Source: Styela clava (taxonomy: Eukaryota). From it: 64,000 bases of DNA. The translations under genes were made by a program, and so were the position numbers. Below the pieces are notes generated by a model. It was given only the letters and a program-made list of their open reading frames with translations. It was not told the DNA's origin and ran no database searches. Below are positions 39,101 through 54,100 of the stretch, in pieces. The DNA is taken from assembly GCF_964204865.1 (NCBI RefSeq), contig NC_135254.1, forward strand, positions 6,510,001 through 6,574,000, given 5' to 3'. The stretch's first letter is position 1, and every line of letters begins with the position of its first letter.

Positions 39101-42100
39101 GTTTACGGTCCTCCAGTGACATCTAGCGTATAGTACTCTAAAATACCTTTCCAATGGTATATAATTATTGTATATTGGGTAAATTTTGGGGGTCGTATGA
39201 CATTAATAAAAATGTATTCAAAATTGTGCTCGATTGAGCGTCTGAAACAGGTTAAATAGGGATTATAGTAATAATAAAAAACTAAAGATTACTGGTAATA
39301 CTACAGCACATACAGAGCAAACTTGCTCCTCAAAAACTATTTAAATTGGAGAAGAATTTCTCCCCGTTTGAGAAACATGGGTACCACAAAGTGTAGTTGC
39401 CAAGCCACATGGCTCAAAATGGAATTCAATAGAACAGAATTGCTTAGCTCTCCTTTAAGTTATAACTCTTATTTATTTACCTCAGTGTTCTGCCGAATGC
39501 GCCGAACAATGGAAGTGCGGGAATGTCTCGAGGTTTCCTGAAGGCCCAATAATATGAAGCAAACGCACCTTAACAAAAAAAAAAGATTTGGGTTTATAAT
39601 ACAATAATAGTAAATTAAGTAATCTTGAAAAAGCCTTATAAAAATAATTTTCAAAATTGATGTAACTTTAAATAGAATCCAAGTTTTTAAGCGTCCTGGC
39701 TGTAAAATATCTCATTTTTTAAAATAGGATACAAAAATAAGGATGAATGTCAAAATTTTTGTCATGTTTTTCAGGCGTAAATTTAACATTGAAAATGAGT
39801 ATTAACAATACATTGCTATTTTGATATCCTTGATGGCTGACAACTCAAGCATTTGCATATGTCATTTGAGTCACTACGTAATGTGATTTTAAACATTTGT
39901 TGAATATTTCATGTTATGTTAATATCATCTAGACAGGAGATTGAATAAGGCTGATGCTGAGCCATTAAAATGACTCCAGCTCCTATCTTCTTTATGCCAA
40001 AATATAGGAACTGGTTTCCAGATTTCAGGATAACAAAATTTAAAACACAAAAAAACATTTGTCAAATTAAAACTCAAGACTTCCAAGTTAAGGAAACAAA
40101 ATTTTATTCCAAGCACCCCGCAAAGTACAAAAACTCTTGACGCTGTAGGATAGAAAGTTAAGCTTCTGGCTCTTACTCCAATATCTGAATCCTAAACAAG
40201 CCACAGACAACATAGTCAGTGTTGTTGTTCTATGCAGAAATTATTCAAAAAAACAGTAATAATAATATTTTGATAAATTTTACAATTCTCACCAGCTAAA
40301 GTGCATTCACCAAGAGCAATGACCCAGTTTAGAAGCCAGAACAATCCAAACAAGCAGGCAATCTGAAGCCAGAGGGTGTTTTGATGAAATCTGGAAAAAG
40401 TAAGTTTGGAATTGTTAAGTGAGCACTGTTGGATAGGATAATACAGTATTTTCCAAACTGGGGGTCTAGACCCACAGGGAAGCGACATTGAAGATTTTGA
40501 TTAGGAGAGGAAAGTATGAGCGATAAACATGGGGTAATCCATTTATCAAACTGGGCACTCATCTCCTCTTAAGAGGTTACGGAGCACATCCCAGGGGGCC
40601 ATGACAAAAGCATTCAATGACTGGCATGCAGGATGCTCTTACAAAGTTTGTGGCATAGACTGCGGTTTGGTTAATTCTCTCACCATAACAGATCTTGCAA
40701 GTTTAAAAATCCCTCATATACAATATATATTTCACACTCATATTACTACGATCCTATAAAGTGAAATCTAAAACTTACACCGAGTCTCCTCCATACTCAA
40801 TGAAGGCACATTTTATTGAGCTGTCATTTGCATATGTGTGATTGGCCTGATTCCATAGCTGTAAAAAAATGAAAGAATGTAAATCAATGGATTTACCTGA
40901 CAGTAATAACTTTAATTGCTCACAATACAGTGCCATGCACTACTGAATACACAGATACCAAACAGCACGCAAGCAGTCACATATGACCACCTCACAGCAC
41001 TCTGTCAACACAATAACAAAGTTGTGGCCAAATGGTATCTATTTGAAAAACCCTAGTTAGCCTCACTAACAATGTTGAATTCATTTTAAGTTATATGTTA
41101 TATAGAGTATTTAACAGTCCTGAAGTGCAAATGAATCCAACAATACTTTAATCAGTTATTTTTTCACTTTTATAGCTTGCTTTGGGCAAAAAGCCTTCTC
41201 TGAAGATTGTATTTGAAGATAATCTGATTGAGGTTTTAAGAATATGATCATAGTTAAATTGGGCTCTAATCGAGGGGTTGCAATCTTTAAGGGCACAATG
41301 TACTGGGCTAGGAATAAGAGTTGTTGGTGAGAATATAAATCATACTCTTCAAATTTTCTTGATATTAGGTGCAAGGTGCAATCTGAACTTCCTGAGGTTA
41401 TTAATAAAGAATGAAATTTTTGAATGGAACTTGACAAAAACATTGATATTATTCCTGTAGGCAAACTTTCAGGGTTGCTATATTCTTGTCAACCTGTAGT
41501 GAGATATGTTTTTTGTTGCTTAGAGGAATATACCGTAATAGTTCAATATAATAGTTTAATAAAATTTTTCCTTAGACCAACTGCTCTGTCACAAGCTTGT
41601 CACCAACTATTTAAAACATCATCACCAAATACTTTAAGGCAATCGTTCAGTAAAAATTTGTCCATAAATTTACCGTAACATTGCAATTTGTGTTGTTTAG
41701 AGGAGTAGCCTCAGCTGCCACCCTCGTTTCATTTGAGTCAATCACCCTGTACACTGGATCACCAGACGATGCCAGGAACAAAGCAGTTGCAGCCCAGAAG
41801 GAAACGACAATCACAGCTAGAACAAATGTCACTAGAGGGTAGAAGAGAGTCGATATCATCATGCCAACAGCTCTGAATAATAGAGAACAAAATTGAAGCA
41901 TTAGAAATTAGAGATATATCAAATTTATAAAAATTTGGTCGTATTACTGGTAATTGAAATACTGATGTGATATGTATTAATTAAAACACATTGTTGGCTA
42001 AGACTTATCAATTTGCAGTCAAATTTCGACTCCATAGTTATGAAATTAGAAATGGGCATTTTTCTTTTGTAATTCTTTGAGAAAACTTTTTGTGACAGAT

Positions 42101-45100
42101 TCCAAACTTAGTAATTTACAAAGTCAAATACATGTTTTCAATTAAAACTTAGTAAGCCAGCTCCCGATCTCAATTTTAGTGTAATATTCATCCTCTAGTT
42201 AGATTTGTCTTTGTTCATTGAGATATTGGGATATTATTTAACCTTGTTATGAGCCTCTGTTTAATGTTTTATCGCTGTTCACGTGTTTCAGTGGTAATTA
42301 TAATTATAAATACAAATTATTAGGCTAAAACAGTCACAATTTGGTCACTGTCCAAATCAAGTGTTCTGTTGCTTTGTGATGGAACTTTTGTTCCATGTAT
42401 AACATTTCTCTATGAGACAACATAAATTACATAATGCCATTACATAGACGAATATTTATACTTATATATATCGAATACCCATGCTGTACCTCAAACAGAT
42501 ATAAAATCACAATCTGAGCTCAAAAATACTAAACTTACTTGCTGGCAGACTTGATAATCTGTATAGCAATGAGAATTCTCTTCCTCAAAAAGATCACAAG
42601 GAGAAGGAAGACTCCTCCAAGGATGCAGAGAATGATGACTGAAAGAATAGAAATTAAATTGAGGTAGAGATTTATATAGGTGTCACTAAAAATGGATCTG
42701 TATAAAAAGCCAAACTTTAGAAAAAAAAGTTATTCTGTTCTGTTAAAAAAGTTATTCTGGTTCGACATTGCAGAGTGAATTCCATTTTTATACTTCTATT
42801 CACTTCCATTTTTATATTAAAGTAAATACCCCTTCTGAGTGAAACAAAATCTAGAATTTACTCGAAGAAAGCTAATTTACTCACAGAAAGCTAACCAAGT
42901 GTCCTGTAGAGCAAGATATTGAGTGAGGTCACTTGTGAAACCAACAGCTATAACAGAACGATCCGCTCCATCAACATTTAACAAACGCTGAAAAGTAAAT
43001 TTGTGTAAATTTTTGAAATAAGTTAGCAAATAAACCACCAGAACGCCACTTAAATGGCCTGTCCTGTTAAGAGCTGCTGTTCTGCTATAATGGACAAGTA
43101 TTATTTTATGATGCAAATGATGTGTATCACCATTCAAGCATAAATTATATCTAAGATAGATGTTATTGGTATTCAGGTGACTCTATACCAGGGCCACACA
43201 ACTGGCGGACCGCGGTCCGAATCCGGACCTTTCAGGTATACGATTCGGACCGCACCTAATTCTATATTTTGAATCATTAGCCCCACTTTTAGAAGTTTCC
43301 TTTTATAAAATCACTTTTTGATATTTGGATATATACGAAAAGCACTATAACGCCATAATAAACAATCTTGATTAGCTAATAGTCATTAGTTGGCCAAGGA
43401 AGTGCGTGTTTAAGGATGCCAAAATATAATTTGTGGAAAGGCCGGACCCGAATATTTTTTAAATTTTGTATGCGGATCTTTGGTAAAAATAGTTGAGTAG
43501 ACATGCTTTATACTACAGTGATTCCCAATCTTTTATTAACCGTGGTCCCCTTCAGGGCGCTTTCAGCACTCATCTCTCCATGAGTTTAAAAAGGCTTTAT
43601 TGTGCTTCATTAGAATTTATTTATATCATAAAAAACCGAAATTCACCTACCTGCCATTCAGTATAGCAATAATAGATTCCAAATCCAAATACTCCAAGTA
43701 AAGCAATGATAGTTATCCATATCATGGGGCCTGCAACCCATCTCATTATTACAATCCATAGAAATGATACAACAGCAGCGACACCAAGGCCCCTGTAAAA
43801 AAATTAAACCCAATTTAGAGATAATGAAATAAACATATTGACTGTCAAGTCAGGTAACGTTCATTTTTTCCAACCAGAAAAAATACAAAAATCATGCAAA
43901 AAATTGGAAAAAAATGCTATTTACAATACTTGATAAGAGAAGCCGTGGGGAATCAAAATTGGCTATCAAGCAAAGACACCCAATGTTCTAACATCTAATT
44001 CAACAGGTTGGGAAAATTCATTTCAAAATTACTGTTATTGATGGTAAATATCATATACACAGTCTGTCACTACTTTTATTATGATATAATGCCAATCCTA
44101 GAACTTCAGTTTCATGGAATTTGCTACCACAAGTTTGCTTTACTGATCATGTTTATCTTCGATTCCATTTGGCATTTGCTGGCATGCAATGCATTGCCAC
44201 AAATCCATAAAGTTTTAGCAAATCTTGTCATTTCAGTAGTCATTCATAACATTGCTCAGAGATGAGTCTTTTTGAGAGTGAATATGTATGTATGGTGAAT
44301 TCTCAATATCAAGCTAGGTACTCAGAAAACCTTATTTTGAATCTTTGAATTTAGAATGTACAATGTTTGAGATGAAGAAATAAGAACTGAAGTTTTAATA
44401 CTTACGCTAGCACCCAGTACCATGCTACTGTAAAATCAGCAAATATTTTCATCCCAACTTCTTGAGCATTCAGATACGCTTGAACGATCAAGCTTCCATT
44501 ATTTAAAGCATCTCCTGTGACTGTGTTGTTCAGAGCGTCCTTGGCAGAAAAAAATTCCAATTTAGGTGATTTATTATAGAAAAAAAATTCTACTAGCTCA
44601 GATTCAAATCCTGTGTGCCTCCCATCCTCTCACATGCTGGCTATGCAATGATTAACAAGAAAGATTCCATCCTTTCCAGACCATAATAGCCCATAACATA
44701 TCGTTCGATCTTACTGGCTGCCTGTACATATCATTTTTAGTGCAAGATGCCTAAATGAGAGTCATAAAAAATCCAAGAAAATGTATTTAGTCACTCAGTT
44801 ACTGCATGAGCAAAATCTATCCCAGTAATCCTCTAAGTGTTGTGTAACTGCATTAATAAATATGTTGAAATTTTCTCACCACAACTACAGTGCTTTCACC
44901 AGAAACAGTCTGAGCAGTGAAGGATGCGGCGTCTTTAAGAACTGTAGGAATGCATCTCCCGACTAGTGGGGTCATAGGAATGTAATATGGAGCACATTTC
45001 CCTTCTTGTATGATATCGATGAGATCTTGAAAGCCATTAGACTGAAATGAAAATAATTACTGTAAGTCTCTTATTACTTATCGATTTTAATCGGTAAGTA

Positions 45101-48100
45101 CGTTGATAGGTATTTGTCTGTCAGTCTGTATGTTTGTTTGTCTGTTAGATGCACGCCACATCTCAAGAAAGCGAGATTGAATCTGCTCCAGATTTTGCAT
45201 GTGCATTCATCATATGTCGGACCATTAGCCTATTGATTTTGGATGAATTATGTCGTTTAATTAGCGAGATATTATTTAATTAGTGATGGTACACAAGGTG
45301 TCACTAAGGAGTAAAAGCACTGTCTTGGGGAATCCCCTAACTTTCGATCAATAAGTCTTCGGTCTCTGACCGATATTCACGTTTTCAAATTTGCAAGGTT
45401 TTAGTAACTTACGGTAATCAAAGGTTGAAAGAGTACTGATAGAGAAGCTGAAATCCACCACTGATGAGATAAATGTTATATCGAATTATACCCTCATTTA
45501 ACAGAAATCAGTAGACACTGCAGTCCATCACAATTTTTTCTATTTTTTTTTATTTTTACAACATTTTTTTCTATGCTTCTGCATGGCAAAAGAAAAACAA
45601 TTACCGTATTAACGTCATAAACAATACTTTTATAAATCACAAGAATATAACATGTTTTGAATTCAGCTGTTTAAAATAGCAGCTTGGAAAATAGCATTCT
45701 ATTCTTATAAAATAAATGTGAAAATCGTATGCAATCTTAACAATACCCACCCTGCTTTCGAATTCTGTTCTGACATCATATCCATATGTGCAGAAGTATT
45801 TCGACCAATCCACACCCAGATTACTGACGGCAAAGTTAGAGATTTGTAGGTTAGTGGGAGAAGCCACACCGGTGGCTATAACTCCTGCCAGTGCTGCTGT
45901 AAGCTGTGGGACATCTTGATAATAAGTCCATGTTGAGTTGGGACAGGAGTTCACACAGATCTGAAATATTAGTTAGATAGATTTTGAAGTCTGAATAACC
46001 ATTAAATAAAGGTACAAAAGCTTTGATAGAGGAGTCGCAAGCTGCCACTAATAAGCCAGAAACTATACACATATAATTTGTCTATACTGATTGGTAAATA
46101 CAATTCTTGGATAAATTCACTCGAAACAAGATTGCACTGAAAAGGAAAAAGCACTAAATAGTGATGTATTAATGGTAAAATGACTGCTTGTCAAAGGCAT
46201 TGTTCATAGCAAAAGTCTGGAACACCAAAACAACCTGAATCATTTCAGTTTTGTAAAAAAGGCCTACCCATTTTATTACACTCTAAATTAGGTGCTGTCA
46301 TACCTGTGTTGTTGCGCATTGAAATTTCAGCAAACTGGCAGGACTTGCGCATTTTGTCAGGTCAAAGAAGAATACATTGGTCTTGTTCCTAGAATTTTGA
46401 GAATAAATATCATAAATTTATGATTTATTTGGATTTATTGGATCAACGACTGATTTAAATTGATGCTTCAAGACTGATATTTTTATAAAAAATTTGCTCA
46501 AAGCAAGGTCAAGCCCACTCACCCAGAAACATGAAAATTGGAACAAATGCTTTAGTTGGAAAGCAACATATACAAGACTTTTTCGTATACCTAACTCTGA
46601 ATTGATTTTGTGGCGAAATCGCATAAACATGAATGCTGAACATGGCACCTGAGGCAAATTTTTTCAGACCAACTGTCCGTTTTCAGAATGATTCAATATG
46701 TAATGTTTTAACAAAACAGTGTAAATTCAGTGCAGAATAAAAATGATTCTTGAATGTGGGTTAAACAAACTCATGGTTCAGATAATTTAATTGAAATTAA
46801 ACGCTTCAACATGTCATTACTTTTACACACTGAGGCAATACCATAATGCTGAAAATTGACTAAAAATATGTAATAAATAATCAAAACTTTTAGTAAAAAG
46901 GGAATGTTAAACTGAAAACTTACGATAAATCTAGATCTCCATATTTCACACCACAAATTCTACCATTATTGTCTGTTGGATACAATAAAATGATCGGATC
47001 CCCATTCAGCCAAGCTGGTAAAATGAAACATTAAAAGTTAAAACATGGTAGTGTTGGCATAGGATGTTTTCAAGCGAAACAAACAATCAATAAACAGGTA
47101 GGTGTGTAAAAAGCTGCCCAGTCCAAAAAAGAATGACAAATAATAATATTTTCAGTTAAGCTTTGCCTGGATAATTTGAACAAATGGTAAAACGACTTAA
47201 TTTGTAAAAAGACATAAAAAAAAATTATAAGTAATTATAAAACAATCTAATTTCAGCACAATAACAAAAAATTTAAATTGATGTAAATAGGCAATGAAGG
47301 CCAATGATTCAATAATCGATGAGAGTAAATGAAGTTGCGGAGTCCATTTCAAATATATCGAAAAATGTTTGCCTGTCCATATATCTATTTATTTTTTAAA
47401 TGTGTGTGCATTTTATCTTTTGTTGTGCACTCTTTTAGTAATGAAAAATTCGCAAAAGTTTCATTAAACTCAGAAAATTCGAGATATGGGACTAATCAGA
47501 AAAAAACGGTGGTCGGGCTAGTGTGAGTTTGCTGCATTGTCTAAACTAATTGAGCCAGTCAGCAAAACAGCTTTGCTGTATACTTTAAGTTACAGGTAAT
47601 ATGTTACCACAAGTTCACTCACCGAATATTCCGACAACAATGAATCCGAGGATAAAGATAAAGAAAATCAAACAACACAAGATGTCAGTGCAGGACCGTT
47701 TATGAATCGGGCCATCGAAGGACGGATCGTGAGTTTTCGCCGTTCCTGTTGAACACAAATTTTTGAGTTAAACGATAACATGTTTATCGGTAAGTTTTTA
47801 TGAAACTGCAATTTCATGAAAAATGTCAGTTATCAGATTATATCTTGAGCCCTTTCCAACAAAAGGATAGTTGAAAAGTGACTGAAAAAGTCTCATACTA
47901 AAGGGCAGTTGCTGTTACTGCCAATACGTGCTATTTCGTGAGATTTATTCTCGTAAAATGAAAAAATTTGAAAAACTTGTTATGTAAAAATAAGGAAAAC
48001 ATATATTTTTGATTTTGAAACCCTTGTCACTTTTTGTGAAAATACTTTGTTCAGAAATATATTTTTCTCAAAACAATTTTTTCATGTTTTTTGGAGGTTA

Positions 48101-51100
48101 ATAAAGCATCAAACTCTCAAGTCTGATAGTTTCTGACCAAACTTGCACATTAAAAGCAATCCTTTCTTACCTTCTCCTTCATCTCCCCCACAACATCCCA
48201 TTATGATATCATAGAATAAGCAAGTGACTGATATTTAAAATAGAACTTGACAGCTAAATTGAAGAGAATAAAGGAAATGCTGTTTTGTTTCATGGATTGA
48301 ATAAGCAAAAAAAGAGTGATCTCATTACAGGGATGGTTGAAATCAAATATTTTAAAACCTACTACAGGGCTACTCAACTAGAAGATCGCAATCCGATACA
48401 GGCCTTTCGAGTACTCAATTGTCAAACGATGCATTTAAAATTTTGTTTTTGTTCGTTTCGGGTGCTATGGGGGCGAATATTTCACATCTTTTCAGCAAAG
48501 TCGGAGCTCAGCTACACAACTAAAACATTTTCATACCAGAGTACAGACGCGCAATATCGAGCATTGCTCTTGTATTTTGTCAAGCATTGCATTTGAAATT
48601 TGATGGCATGGTTAAAGTAAATTTTTTTGGAATGACGCCGGTAATTTTCAAATTTTTTGTACGAACCTTCGATGAACATAGATGAGTAGCCCTGGCCTAC
48701 TATTCCAAATATATTCTGAAATAATATTTCGAAATATTGGATTTAAAGTCAAAATAAAAAGTGAAAATTGTGCAGATTATAGTATATTTATTAAAGGACT
48801 GAATTTGGCGATGCAAACAACTTAAGATTGACTTGTTTCAATGGTTTCCTATTTTCTACAGCTTCTAGATATTGCATGACACTATTTCTTGATTGACTAC
48901 TAAATGTAAACTGCTCAGAATGACAACTCTTCAAAATTAAAATCTGAATTACATCTGAAATCAAGAATCTACTACATCGATATAACCAATTTTTAATGTA
49001 TTCAAATATCTATTCGTTCTGTTCAACTAAACCCCTCCACATTCAAAACCTTAAATCCAAAACAAAGTCAAAACACACAGAATTACTTTTATATACCATG
49101 AACAAAGCTATTCATGTGTATTCAAGCAAAAAAATAACTAGGCAAAAGGTATTGACTACCATTCACTGTTTATATAATGAGTTGTGATTGTGAGTTTGTT
49201 AAAAGAAAGTGGATACCACCTACTTTTCAAAATTTGAATATTATGATCTGTAATTCATTTCTTCAACATGCTGAAAATATGAATCATACATACACAAATT
49301 GAAGAAAATATAAAAAAAATCGCATTTCAGGGTGAAAGGAGACGCCGAAAACCAATACTGGTTATCGAGCAGCGGTACCCTTAACTCAAATATAAGTTTC
49401 AGTTTGAACAACAATTTCAGGTTAAAACTGGAGATAGAGAGGAACAGATATACCATATGGTGGATCAAGGCCTTTTGTCCAATTACCAGTTCATGCCAGA
49501 TATGGAATAATGAATACCTTATTTCCATAGTAATTCACATGGACTTAATGCTGAAGGAAGTCAAACTTTGATATCTGAGCAAAAATGAACTGCCGTAAGA
49601 TCAACGAAGCATATATATTTAATTTTGTAATCACATGTAGCATTGTGATCAGTGATGGGTAACGAAGCATAGTTGAACAAAATATGCTATTTTAAGCACT
49701 TGTTCACATGCTTATGACTCAAATTATGTAGGTCATAATATAGTAATAACTATATTAAATCTTACTAAAACAGTGATTTCAAACTTTCAAGCCTTGTCGA
49801 GTCTTGCGCCCCACCCCGAAAATAATGAGCTAAAAATAAGATCCAAAACCGGCGAAAATATATTTTATTCAAGAAACTTGTTGAAAATAAGTGGATGGAA
49901 ACTAAATATACAAAATAAATAAATCTATTTCCAAAGCAAGGTGAGCAAGATCAAATCTAACAAATATTTTTATTTTTAAATAGCTTTACGCCTCAAAAAA
50001 ATTGTCTAAGACCCATTGTGAGGCGTGACCAGTGGTGGGATTCAGTCAGTTTGCACCGGTTCTATAATACTGTCTCACAGAATTTTATGAGATCAGCCAA
50101 CTGGTTAGCGTTACTGGTTACCGTCAATGTTCTGTTTGTAATAGAGCCGGTTAAAGAATATGACTTTTGTGATGGAACCGGCTAACAAAAAATTCTAATC
50201 CCACCACTGGGCGTGACCCACCGTTTGAAAACCACTCAACTAGAATGAAAAATTAGTTACATAACTAATTCGCATTCATGCACCAAGAGCTTTTTAGTGA
50301 ATAAATACAAATATCCTCCAGTTAATCAAGTAAAATGATGTTGTTTTAACCACTCGTTCACATGTTTATGACTCAAAAAACGTCATAATAACGGCGGAGC
50401 TAATTACACAGAACTAAACTCAACAATTCAAATAAATAATGCACATAGTATATTTATTCGCTTTATCAGTTTTCTGTATAGTTGATTTTGTGATGACAAA
50501 TGAACAAGTAACTGCCTAAAACAGAACTAAATATATATATAATGAAGTAAACCCTAGCATGCATTAATTAAAAAAATTAGTAGTATGTGTACCTGTTTAG
50601 GTTTAGACCATAATTTTAATCTGATTTTCCTTATTTTAGTTTTATTACAAGTTAAGGGACTGTCTGTGTTAGCAAAGTGAATATACCCCCTGGCCATGGG
50701 TTTTAGTTCCTTTTACACAACTTGATGTAAAGTAGGCAAACTAAATCAGTTAACTCCATATTGGTACACACACTTCTGGAGCGCCAAAAATTGCCTTGCC
50801 TTCTTCAGAGAAAAAGTGTAAAACTACTTTAAAATGGAGGTGAGGTATTCTACCAGCCTAAATTAAAATCACATATCTCTGGAGCATCATAAACCAACAA
50901 GTCCCAGTTTATAAAAGGAAGTAGCACCTCTAAAGTGGTGAACGTACTAAAATTACAATAGAAAACGCTGCGTCATCAAGGGTCATTTTTGTATTGGATT
51001 CACCACTTGCCAGAATGAGATAATGGGATATAGTGTGCAAGTGACGTAAATGATATTCTTGAAGTTTGAAGAGAGAAAAGGTTAAAAATTCAAGTCTTTG

Positions 51101-54100
51101 ATGGATATTTATGGTTCATATTTTAGTTGTTTGTTATTTTTTACAGTTTAGAAATACAAATTGTACAGGTATACCATGTCTTGATTCCTATTTACAATAT
51201 TAACAGTTATTTTAAATAAACTTGGAGTGAATAAAAATAGTGATGTTAATACAATAGCAAATTCACGTCAGCCAATTTTCTATAAATTTGAAAAACATGA
51301 ATTGTTTAGGTATCAATCACGAAGTCAAGGTAACGTAATTTCACTCTTCATATGATCAATAAATACGATTGAAACCCATAAAATACACTAAATTTTTGCA
51401 AATATTCAACAATAATTAGTTCGAAGAATTATTATAAATTTAAATTTTTTTCAAATATTTCAATACAAGGCTATTCAATTTTTATATCCTTCCATCTGTG
51501 TCATCCCGACTCATAAGAACCGAGCAGAATTCATGTACAGGAAATCCTATGGTTCCAGAGAGATAACAATCATGAATCTTAAACATACACTGCGCAATTG
51601 TGGCCTTCAAATACCGGATACTTTATATTTATTGTAATACATTTACCAATGCTGCTTCGTGACCAAGATAGTTGTTGAATTGAACAAATTTTGTATAATA
51701 ACAGAACAATTTACAATAATTATGACATCACACTCACAATGACGGTGGAATTGTCATAACACAGCAACCATTCTCAACAGTTACAAAACAATTCCTAGAA
51801 TCAACAAACTTTATTATTTTATCACAAAGGGGGAGAGAGAACCTAAAGTGCGTCATAATAAAAGTAAATGTTCGAATGAAATTAATAAAAACTGTACTTG
51901 AATAGGTTTCCATGAAAAACTAGAAGTATCTTACTTGTCAATCTTACTAATGTTAAATATTGACAGAATATATATACAGCTAGTTCAGTCAAGAATTCGA
52001 ATTATTACACAATTCATTTAATGAACAGCATTTATGTGTTAATTAATTGAGATTCAATTGACCAATACTGATTACAAAAGCTGTATTAACTTTGATAAAG
52101 CATCCTCTAGTACTTGGCGCTATATTTGGTCGTATTATCCAAACATATATGCTTTGTTCGTGCATCTGAAACGATAATCACGTAGCGTGCGTACCAGGTT
52201 AGGGCTAGGCCATAATTTTATTACAATTTTCCCTATTTTAGTTCTATTACGAGTTCTGGGACTGTTTGTGTTAATGAAGTGAATATACCCCCTGCCCATA
52301 GATTTCAGTTCCTTTTCACAACTTGATGTAAAGTAGGCGAACAAAATTAGTCACCTCCATATTGATACACACACTTCTGAAAATCCTCTGAAACTATTGA
52401 CAGGTCAACTATCCCAATATCTCAACTTAAGGCATGGTTTGCCATACATGGTTAAGCCTTTATAATTATCTGTCTTATAAGCACAAAAATCCATGATCAT
52501 ATATCGCTAATTCACCAGCAAAATTAATTCTGACATTTGGCAGAATGACAAACAAGTGTAATACAACAGATTTAACCTGAATCGCTGAATGAAATGCCAA
52601 TCGTAACTGAATTTGGAGACATTAAATCAATTTTACCTATATCAAAACATAAAGGTCACATAAGTGACTAGTCTGAAGGTCATTTATCTAATTATGAAGG
52701 TCATATCAAAAAACTCTATTACTATTGTAACAATCAAATCCATCTCATATCCAAACACTACAAACAATTAAAATCTTTTATAAATGACGTTCGTTTCCTT
52801 TATACCTAATAATTGAACCAATCCCACAACAAGAATAAAAGATTAATTATATTTCTGATATAAATACATTCCAATGTTGCAGCTATTGATTAGCAATTCG
52901 TGACATATTTTGCACAAATTCCATAATGATGGACAACAATGATGATACAGTATTTGTGGTTTAGTATATTTTAAAACACCATAGCATTCTAATGTATTAT
53001 TAATACAGTGGTTTTTAGTTACATTTTTGCACCTTTTACCATTTTAGTGAATTGCAAGATTTACTCCTCAATGTACTTAATGATGCTCATTTATTGAAAT
53101 ACGAAATTAGCAAATTACCTTATTTTACTTTTTCTTTTGGGTAAATTTGTCCCAGATTAAGAAGTGCTGGATTAACATAAGTATAGTTAAGGTTCGGAAT
53201 GATTTGAACATTTGAATTTCCAACACCTTTAGCATTCCCAGCCTCCCCCCGCATGAATAATTACTAATTTTTGTATTTTGAGCAGTGGCAGGGGTGTTTT
53301 TCTGGCGGAGACTTTATACAAAAGATCTCTCAAAAAATTGAAACAGCATTGGAAAATTGTCAATTTATTATATTTCTATACCATGTCTACGTGAAACATA
53401 ACAACAAAGGTAGAAATTGAAAATTCTAACTAATTAAAGTGGAGATTAATCAAATACAGTCCAAGTTGAAAAAAATAGGTTTAATTTTGATGAGAATATA
53501 AATCTTCCAATTGTAAAAAAAGAAGTAAAGTCCGAAATTATTCAATCCCCAATTTGTAAAAAATATTCGTTTCTACACAACCTCACTGTCTGAATAGCAT
53601 TAAAATTTAATGACTCATATCAAATATGCATGAAACAGCAGTGTATTAGATACAACCACACAATTTGTCACACACGAGCGTGGTAACCTGATTTTTTAAA
53701 AAGGTTTCGGTTGAATCAAAAATTCACAAGTGAAACCAATTATAAACACCCACCTAATTACTCTTACTCTACTCTTTATACATACAAAATCCATTTATAT
53801 ATGCCAAAAGTAGAATGCGTCTCGCTCTTTCAGAATTAAAAGTCAAAGCCAATGTAAAATTTAGCATTACATTGGTTTTTATCACATTTTTTTTAATGTT
53901 GTTATTTTAATTTGAGTTGTTTGTTATGCGAGTCCTTACATCTCTAAGGTTTGAGATTTCGCTTTGGCACTAAAAAAGGTTGAGAACTACTGCTACTGCT
54001 CTTTCAGATAAACACAGATCACTGTTAAATAAATAGAACAAAACAGTGAAGTCAGGTTATTTTTGTTGCATATGCTTTGAATATACACTTCAGCATTTAT

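Noticed and set aside
40490-40680. Possible intronic snoRNA or SINE-derived ncRNA
   Set aside because: No clear C/D, H/ACA or A/B box arrangement could be identified by eye.
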